A stretch of DNA of 52,111 bases from Fidelibacterota bacterium (lineage in GTDB: Bacteria; Fidelibacterota; Marinisomatia; Marinisomatales; JAHJCW01), in contig JBHPEE010000003.1 in assembly GCA_042577295.1 (NCBI GenBank), positions 1 to 52,111 on the forward strand, read 5' to 3'. The notes below the pieces were generated by a model. It had not been told where the DNA came from. It searched no databases and worked only from the letters and a program-made list of their open reading frames with translations. Each line of letters starts with the position of its first letter. Within the stretch, counting starts at the first letter, position 1. Shown here in pieces: positions 45,165 through 52,111 of this stretch. A program made the translations under genes and the position numbers.

Positions 45165-47080
45165 ATGCTTAGTTTCTGTAAATTTTTATGGTTTGTTATT
45201 GACATAAATACTGTGCGTGTCACGAAGATTGCTGTGAACATACTAATCGCAATTCCCCAAAATAGTACAGTGGCAAAACCCTTTATTGGTCCTGTGCCAA
45301 ATTGATATAGTACCAGAGCTGCAATAACAGTTGTAACATTTGCATCAACAATTGTTGTCAATGCGCGGTTATAACCGGCATCGATGGCGGCACGAACGGT
45401 TTTTCCTTTACGTAACTCCTCCCGAATTCTTTCAAAAATAATTACGTTGGCATCAATTGACATACCCATAGTTAATATTAATGCCGCAATACCGGGAAGT
45501 GTTAATGTCGCTTGTAGAAGTGCCAAAATTGATAGTACTAATATCATATTCCAAATCAGAGCAAAATTAGCAATTGAACCTGCAATCTTATAATAAATCA
45601 ACATAAATAACATCACAATTATTAGGGCGATAATTACAGAACGGGTACCTTGTTTGATTGAATCAGCGCCTAATGATGGGCCTACTATCCTTTCTTCAAT
45701 TATTTGTACAGGCACAGGTAAAGCACCGGCGCGCAACACAATTGCGATATCCTTTGCCTCATTCAAGTCGGCGAATCCTTGTATACGAGTTCCGCCACTA
45801 GGAATTTTTTCTATAATATTTGGCGCCATATGTACTTTATTGTCGAGGACAATTGCGATTCGGCGATTTATATTAGCGCCTGTGATTCTCGACCACTGTT
45901 TTGTACCGTCACTGTTCATTTCTACTAGAACAACGGGTTGTCCTGCTATATCACTTCCGGTGCCGGATATATTTTCCTTTGCATCAGAGATTACGCCACC
46001 GGTCAATTCCGGTTCATTTTCCAAATGATATAGTCTATAAATTTTTATTTGATTTCCACTAGCATCGGTCAATTCTTGAGCTTTATTGCTTAAAGCAAAT
46101 TTGCTCGAAGTAGACTCAAGTAACTGTTCAACTTTCGGTAGTGCTAATATCTTGTTTACGGCATAAACATTGGATTCAGGTACACCAAGATCTCTGTCGA
46201 AATCTCTTAATAGTGATGAAAACGGACTGTTTGCAAACAATCGCTGGTCTACAATAACGCTTGTATCTTCGCTTGCTGCACTTTCTGGTGCTGCATCGCC
46301 AAATAATTCACTAACTGTTATAGTTTTATCATCACTTACTTGTTGTTCTACTTTTTCTTCTTGCGGTTCTGTCTGTTCCGATAACTCAGCTGCAACTTCT
46401 GCTAAGTCCTCATTTCCCTTGAGAATATTATCTACTCGAGTAAGCATGTCCTGCGTGATTTCTGCATCTTTGACAAGATAAAATTCAAGTAAAGCTGTAC
46501 TTTGAAGTAAATCACGAGCTCTTTCTGAATCCTGAATTCCTGCTAATTCAACTATGATACGTTGGCTGCCTTGCTTCTGAATTGTTGGCTCAGCTACACC
46601 AAATTGGTCAACTCGGTTTTGAAGAATTTCGAGTACACGATTGATCGCGTCATCAGATTCATCGCGCAATTTGCTAATGATTTCTTCGGTGGATGCACCG
46701 TATTCGTGGAAATATCGCGCTAAGCGTAGATTATCTTCCTTGGAAATACTTGTAAACAAATTAAAAAAGTCGGCATCAGGTTCATTCAGTCGATCGGTTA
46801 CTTTGTTTAGAGTATTTTCTAAGCTTTTATCTTTATTAATTGCAAGACCGCTGATAAGTGTAGGCAAATCGACTTCTAAGACAATATACATTCCGCCTTT
46901 TAAATCAAGTCCCTGTTTTATTATCTTTGATTCAATTGCCCTTAATTTTCCTGCTTCACGGAGAGTTTCTTTCTTTTCTTCAGACATTTGTTGAAAAGAT
47001 ATTGATGGCCACAAAGCATAAACTGCCCACGCAAGTATTATGGTAATAATAATGTATCTTGGAGTTAATTTTTTATTCAT
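45161..47080 (-). CDS. secD: Protein translocase subunit SecD
   Basis: GLDLKGG, RVDQFGVAEP, LRAGALP, VGPSLG and DANVIIFERIREE. Confidence 0.96.
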   Translation of the reverse strand: MNKKLTPRYIIITIILAWAVYALWPSISFQQMSEEKKETLREAGKLRAIESKIIKQGLDLKGGMYIVLEVDLPTLISGLAINKDKSLENTLNKVTDRLNEPDADFFNLFTSISKEDNLRLARYFHEYGASTEEIISKLRDESDDAINRVLEILQNRVDQFGVAEPTIQKQGSQRIIVELAGIQDSERARDLLQSTALLEFYLVKDAEITQDMLTRVDNILKGNEDLAEVAAELSEQTEPQEEKVEQQVSDDKTITVSELFGDAAPESAASEDTSVIVDQRLFANSPFSSLLRDFDRDLGVPESNVYAVNKILALPKVEQLLESTSSKFALSNKAQELTDASGNQIKIYRLYHLENEPELTGGVISDAKENISGTGSDIAGQPVVLVEMNSDGTKQWSRITGANINRRIAIVLDNKVHMAPNIIEKIPSGGTRIQGFADLNEAKDIAIVLRAGALPVPVQIIEERIVGPSLGADSIKQGTRSVIIALIIVMLFMLIYYKIAGSIANFALIWNMILVLSILALLQATLTLPGIAALILTMGMSIDANVIIFERIREELRKGKTVRAAIDAGYNRALTTIVDANVTTVIAALVLYQFGTGPIKGFATVLFWGIAISMFTAIFVTRTVFMSITNHKNLQKLSI

Positions 47081-47158
47081 TTAATTGTGAATTTTGTTAT
47101 ATAAAAAAGTCCGCAAATATACCCTAAATGCGGATTGGCAGTCAATTTCTATTTATAA

Positions 47159-47509
47159 TTATGATAGAGTATTGCGGTGTGATTTTTTCAGTCCCCTTAC
47201 AACTAAATCATAAGAATCATCAATCATTTGGTAAATTAATTCATCTGGCAAACTTCCATCAAGAATTATGGTATTCCAATGCTCCTTATTCATGTGATAC
47301 CCCGGAATGATAGATTGATGCATACCACGCAAGAGCTGTGCCTCTTCAGGAGCACATTTTAGATTAATACGCATGGGGATTTCATCCTCAGCAATTAGAG
47401 CAAACAGTTTATTCACGACTTTAAATACTAAAGTTGTTTCATCAAAAGGGTAGCTGGAAGTGGTTGCTTTTTTATTAAGCAAATATTGATTTAGCGATTC
47501 GAGGTTCAT
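47159..47509 (-). CDS. MmcQ/YjbR family protein
   Basis: YPFD...VFKV..KLFAL, NLKC and PGYHMNKEHWNT. Confidence 0.92.
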   Translation of the reverse strand: MNLESLNQYLLNKKATTSSYPFDETTLVFKVVNKLFALIAEDEIPMRINLKCAPEEAQLLRGMHQSIIPGYHMNKEHWNTIILDGSLPDELIYQMIDDSYDLVVRGLKKSHRNTLS

Positions 47510-47546
47510 TTTAATTATTACATAGTTTGTGAAATGACAATTTGTT

Positions 47547-47939
47547 TTATTCCAAAAACCGAGCTTCCCTCATCATATAAAATGTAGCGTTGCGTAAATC
47601 ATCCTCAGAACATTCTTTACATGCACCTTTTGGGGGCATTGTACCATAATTACCGGTATAGCCATCTTGAACATGTTGTACAAGTGTTTCAATGTCATTT
47701 GCTCTATTTACAGTCCAGCGAGCTTTATCAGTTAGCATAGTCACTTCGCCCACAGCATTTTCATGACAAATATAACAATATGAGTGAAATGTTGTTTTTC
47801 CACTATCCAACATCTCTTCAGTAGGTGTCTGAAATGTATAGGTTGGGGTAGGGGGAAGAGTAGTCTCTTGTGGTTTTTTATTGCCACCGCCACAAGCGAT
47901 TACTAATGTAATTATTATAATGCTCATTAATTGTTTCAT
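47547..47939 (-). CDS. Cytochrome c5-like lipoprotein
   Basis: Lipobox VIAC; CYICH heme motif; MPPKGAC..CS. Confidence 0.85.
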   Translation of the reverse strand: MKQLMSIIIITLVIACGGGNKKPQETTLPPTPTYTFQTPTEEMLDSGKTTFHSYCYICHENAVGEVTMLTDKARWTVNRANDIETLVQHVQDGYTGNYGTMPPKGACKECSEDDLRNATFYMMREARFLE

Positions 47940-47975
47940 CTATGTTCTCTTATAATTATCTTCTAAAACTTATGA

Positions 47976-48992
47976 TTAATGTACATGTCTTTCATAATAT
48001 TGAGTCAATTCGCTATTTAATTCATATTTTGTATTTTCTGAACACCAAGCAGATTTAATGCTATTTTTAGAAAGTTGGTAAATATCGGATAAATCTAGAT
48101 TAAATGTTTCTAGTAAAGATATATATTCGTTCTCCAATGATGTTCCAAACATTTTTGGATCATCTGTATTAACCGATACTAACATACCTTTTTTGTAGAA
48201 TTGACAAATAGGGTGTTCCCCAATAGATTTTACCACATTTGTTTTTACGTTTGAAATTGGACACATTTCAACCGGTATTTGATTATCAATTAAATACTGT
48301 ACTAATTCGGAATCTTGATATGCATTTGTACCATGACCAATTCTGTCAACGTTTAAATCCTTTATTGCTTGCCATATATAGTCAGGTCCCGCTGCTTCTC
48401 CTGCATGACAGGTTGTTCTTAAGCCTTCTCTTTTAGCTTCCCGGTAAACATTAGTAAATAAACAGGGTGGGAATTCTTTTTCTTTCCCACCTAAACCAAT
48501 TCCGACTATTCCTTGGTCCTTTGCTTCTAATATTTGTTTCAGCTGTGGTAATTTATCTTCTTCATTCCGTACTAAATCGGCTATTAGGCTTATTTTTATT
48601 TTTTCAGAATGTTTATTAAGTCCTTTTCGAATTGCATATGTAATTTCTTGAGGCAGAGAATCCTTTTTTCCAAAATCGGATGGAGAAAAATATATTTCAG
48701 CATATAGGATATTTTGCTCAGCTAAGCTTAGAGCAACATGTTCTGCAATAAACTGGTAATCTTCATATTCCCGAATAAAACTATTCTTCCAATACCAGGT
48801 GTTAATAAAGTGCACAAAATTAGTATAAGTAAATTTTTTTTCTAGATCACTAATAGTAATGTAGTTGTTACCCTGATACTTTTCGATTAACTGTAAAAGG
48901 GCGTCTAAAGGAATGGCACCTTCTAGATGCAAATGAAGTTCTACTTTAGGGAGGTATCTAATAAATGAGTTTATTTTTTTATTCGATACCAA
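47976..48992 (-). CDS. add: Adenosine/adenine deaminase
   Basis: LPKVELHLHLEG, HAGE, RIGHG, EMCPISN and NTDDP. Confidence 0.9.
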   Translation of the reverse strand: MVSNKKINSFIRYLPKVELHLHLEGAIPLDALLQLIEKYQGNNYITISDLEKKFTYTNFVHFINTWYWKNSFIREYEDYQFIAEHVALSLAEQNILYAEIYFSPSDFGKKDSLPQEITYAIRKGLNKHSEKIKISLIADLVRNEEDKLPQLKQILEAKDQGIVGIGLGGKEKEFPPCLFTNVYREAKREGLRTTCHAGEAAGPDYIWQAIKDLNVDRIGHGTNAYQDSELVQYLIDNQIPVEMCPISNVKTNVVKSIGEHPICQFYKKGMLVSVNTDDPKMFGTSLENEYISLLETFNLDLSDIYQLSKNSIKSAWCSENTKYELNSELTQYYERHVH

Positions 48993-49016
48993 ACGTTTTC
49001 CGATTTAGATAAATAT

Positions 49017-50246
49017 TTAGTGAGTATCTTTATATTTCTTTAGTATATCAATGACATAATCAATATCAGCTTCGGTATGATTTCCATTAACTTGGAAACG
49101 AATTTCTTCATCACCTTTTGGTACTACCGGAAAATTTAGTCCGGTTGCTAATACGCCATGATTAGTTAAAAACTTAACCATGTCAGCTGTTTTTGGTGTG
49201 TCTCTAACCATTAATGGTACTACCGGATGATCGCCTGCAATTGTTTCATATCCGTTTGCATGCAGACCTGCTTCAAATCTCTTTGTCATTTTACGGAGAT
49301 GCTTGAGCAGCTTTAATCCTTCGGGACTATCCAGTATTTCAAGTGCTTTTAATGCAGCAGCCGTTTCACCAACTGTAATTGGATTAGAATAAATATACAT
49401 AGGAGCAGTTTGACGTAAGTATTCTGTAATAGCCTTTGATGTAACTACATAACCGCCGTTTACGCCGAATCCTTTGCCAAGTGTTCCAATTATTACATTG
49501 ACATTGGCGCCACAATATTCTTCAGTTCCACGACCCGTAGGACCAAAACCACCTACGCCGTGTGAATCATCAATTATTGATATAAGACCTTCTTCAAATT
49601 TGTCATCGTACTTTTGACAAAGTTCGGTAAATTCTTTTAGTGGTGCATTATCCCCACGCATACTGAAAATACCATCAGTTACAACCAATGCTCTTTTTGC
49701 CTTGCCCGCCCATTCTTGTATTTTAGCTTCCAAATCAGCCATGTCATTATGTTTATAAACTGCCTTACCAAGGGGGCGGGAGAGACGCATGGCTTGAATG
49801 ATACAGTTATGATTCAATTCGTCGCTTATATAAACTGTTTCCTTAGTCGCTAACGGCATTAAAACACCCAAGCTAGTTACATAAGCAGAACTGAATATCA
49901 TACCGGATTCTTTTCCATGGAATTTTGCAAGTTTTTCCTCGAGCTCAATATGATGTTTATATGTTCCGCTAATAAAGCGCACTGCTCCAGGACCAACACC
50001 AAATTCTCTAGTGGCTTTTTCTTCAGCTTTTATCACTTCAGGATGTAGGGACATACCAAGATATGAATTTGAGTTCATTTTTACGAATTCTCTATTTCCA
50101 TAACCTTCGACAAAAAAACGCACACTATTTTCTCCTTCGGCCGGTTTCATACCGGTGATTACCATTTCAGCGCCCTTTGCTGAACCTTTGGCTTTTAATT
50201 CTGCAACAGAATCAGTTAAAATTTTATTTAGTTTTGTAATTGACAT
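49017..50246 (-). CDS. kbl: Glycine C-acetyltransferase (2-amino-3-ketobutyrate CoA ligase), AONS family
   Basis: SNSYLG, AVRFISGT, SDELNH, TDGIFSMRG, DDSH, TLGK and FPVVPKG; co-transcribed with threonine dehydrogenase. Confidence 0.85.
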   Translation of the reverse strand: MSITKLNKILTDSVAELKAKGSAKGAEMVITGMKPAEGENSVRFFVEGYGNREFVKMNSNSYLGMSLHPEVIKAEEKATREFGVGPGAVRFISGTYKHHIELEEKLAKFHGKESGMIFSSAYVTSLGVLMPLATKETVYISDELNHNCIIQAMRLSRPLGKAVYKHNDMADLEAKIQEWAGKAKRALVVTDGIFSMRGDNAPLKEFTELCQKYDDKFEEGLISIIDDSHGVGGFGPTGRGTEEYCGANVNVIIGTLGKGFGVNGGYVVTSKAITEYLRQTAPMYIYSNPITVGETAAALKALEILDSPEGLKLLKHLRKMTKRFEAGLHANGYETIAGDHPVVPLMVRDTPKTADMVKFLTNHGVLATGLNFPVVPKGDEEIRFQVNGNHTEADIDYVIDILKKYKDTH

Positions 50247-50261
50247 TAATTTCTCCGAAAA

Positions 50262-51209
50262 TTATAATTTTTTTGATAATACTTCTAACATATCCTTAGT
50301 CATAGCTTCGAGATCGTATTCATGTTTCCAGCCCCATTCTTCCCGAGCTGCTGAATCATCCATACTGTTAGGCCAAGATTCGGCGATAGCTTTTTTTACA
50401 GGATCTACGTCATAATCTATTGTGAATTCCGGAATATGTTTTCTTATCGCCCCTGCGATGATTTCAGGATCGAAACTCATAGCAGTTACATTGAATGCGT
50501 TACGATGTTTTAATCTTGCGGGATCCGCCTCCATTAAGTCAATACCGGCTTTGATTGCGTCAGGCATATACATCATGTCTAAGAAAGTCCCTGCGGGAAG
50601 ATTGCAGGTATATTTTTTATGCTTAATTGCTTCATAATAGATTTCCACAGCATAATCGGTTGTGCCACCGCCAGGTAATGTTTCATTTGATATTATTCCA
50701 GGATAACGAACACCACGCGTATCAACACCAAATCGTTTGTAGTAATAATCGCATAACAATTCACCCGATACTTTAGTTACACCGTACATTGTATTTGGTC
50801 GCTGAATAGTATCTTGAGGAGTGTTATCGAGAGGAGTCGTAGGGCCAAAGGCTCCAATGGAACTTGGTGTAAAAATGGCGCATTTAAATTCACGTGCCAC
50901 CTCTAAAACATTATATAATCCATTGATATTTACATTCCATGCTAATACTGGATTTGCTTCAGCCACCGCCGATAATATTGCAGCAAGATGATATATAGTA
51001 TCAATATCATATTTTTTTACAACATTTGCGACCGCCATTGCATCATTACAATCAACTATTTCAAATGGTCCTGAATTTAATAGTTTGTCGCTCGGTTTAG
51101 TTTTGCGACCGCCTGCCACAACATTATCGTTTCCATATTTCTCTCGGAGTGACATAGTTAATTCTGAACCAATTTGTCCTACGGCCCCGGTGACTAATAT
51201 TTTCTTCAT
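50262..51209 (-). CDS. tdh: L-threonine 3-dehydrogenase (SDR/epimerase type)
   Basis: GAVGQIG, HLAAILSA, PSSIGAFG, YGVTK, PGGGTTDYA and MMYMPD. Confidence 0.88.
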   Translation of the reverse strand: MKKILVTGAVGQIGSELTMSLREKYGNDNVVAGGRKTKPSDKLLNSGPFEIVDCNDAMAVANVVKKYDIDTIYHLAAILSAVAEANPVLAWNVNINGLYNVLEVAREFKCAIFTPSSIGAFGPTTPLDNTPQDTIQRPNTMYGVTKVSGELLCDYYYKRFGVDTRGVRYPGIISNETLPGGGTTDYAVEIYYEAIKHKKYTCNLPAGTFLDMMYMPDAIKAGIDLMEADPARLKHRNAFNVTAMSFDPEIIAGAIRKHIPEFTIDYDVDPVKKAIAESWPNSMDDSAAREEWGWKHEYDLEAMTKDMLEVLSKKL

Positions 51210-51353
51210 TTATCTGCCTATTTTAAAAATGTTAGTAAAATTGGGTATTTGTATTTTAAAAGTAATATAAGATATTTTTATCTTAGATATTAGGCGTGAA
51301 AATTAATTCAATTAGTCAATCAATATCAATTTTATAAGTGCATATAATAAAAA

Positions 51354-52111
51354 TTATAGCGAACGACGTTCCCGTTTAATAAGTCTTGGAAATAGAAGAT
51401 TCAGAAGGATTCTGAAAGGAATTAGTGCTAAAAGAAAAATACCTACTAATACATTTAAAATATGGTCAAATAGTTCTGTATTATGTTTATTAAAATATTT
51501 CCAAAATGACAAGTGGGAGCTTACAATCATTTTAAAGCGTTTTCGATATACACTAACTCCACCTTGATGAGTTATGTATGAATTAGTTGTAAATTGCACA
51601 GTAAAGCCGGCATCCCAAATCCTTTTACATATGTCGACATCACTAAAAAACATTGGGAATTGTTCATCAAGTAAGCCAATTTTATTAAAAATATTCCTGG
51701 AAATTAATAATGCCGCTCCTGCCGGTTGATCTACTAAGCAAGTCTTTTTGTGATCAAAGTCACCCATTTTCCAATAATTGAATTCCTTTGAATTTTTGAA
51801 TATTTTACTTAATCCAATTGATTCATATAAAATATCTCGCCTGCGAGGAAAACGTCTGCAAGAATTTTGTATCTTTCCATCAGAGAAACGTAATTGCGGA
51901 GCAATTGCTCCGATGTATTTATTGTCTTTTATTTCATTTAATAAATTTATAACTGTGCCATTAGGAACAGTAGCATCAGGATTAAGAAGAAGTATATAAT
52001 CACTTTTTGCATTATTAATACCTTGATTGTTGGCTAAAGTGTAACCAAGATTTACATTATTTCTCTAATAAATTTTGGAAGACTAATCTCTTTTGATAAG
52101 GGAATATACAT
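51354..52111 (-). CDS. GT2 family glycosyltransferase, 5'-partial, with an apparent frameshift near 52064
   Basis: Frame is open 51354-52064 and encodes NLGYTLANNQG, LLLNPD, GAALL, DEQFPMFFSDVD and HQGG. In-frame TAG at 52065-52067. Confidence 0.8.

Noticed and set aside
44476-47310. Plus-strand ORFs opposite secDF and yjbR
   Set aside because: Antisense shadows of well-supported conserved genes.

Overview
AT-rich (roughly 30% GC by eye) diderm bacterial chromosome segment. Gene content and style suggest an FCB-group lineage such as Marinimicrobia, but this is inference only. Layout: (1) 1-5.9 kb, accessory glycan-modification genes (two sulfotransferases, a TupA-like ATP-grasp protein, two glycosyltransferases, a lipoprotein), partly separated by a repeated non-coding element. 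(2) FKBP PPIase. (3) 7.4-25.2 kb, a complete single-locus type IV pilus system with MSHA-like traits: ExeA/MshM-like ATPase, fused PilM-PilN, PilO, PilP-like, secretin with a GGM-repeat insert, PilT, PilU, receiver protein, PilD, PilB, sigma-54 activator, PilC, four minor pilins, a sigma-54-driven major pilin and a second pilin. (4) 25.4-32.9 kb, a histidine kinase whose sensor is a 7-bladed FG-GAP propeller plus ASPIC/UnbV domain, its sigma-54 response regulator, and a likely target operon (low-complexity lipoprotein plus FadL-like barrel). (5) 33-37.8 kb, an island at the 3' end of tRNA-Arg(TCT) with a phage-like SSB candidate, an LRR lipoprotein and single-gene units separated by the same repeat. 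(6) Housekeeping genes (Omp85, plsY, DAK2-DegV, ogt, secDF, add, kbl/tdh, GT2). Best candidate for an undescribed system: seven copies of an 80-140 bp element that delimit single-gene cassettes in two oppositely oriented arrays. Four copies carry a dif-like 11-7-11 tyrosine-recombinase-type core. The element is not attC- or CRISPR-like and no recombinase gene is visible in the window.
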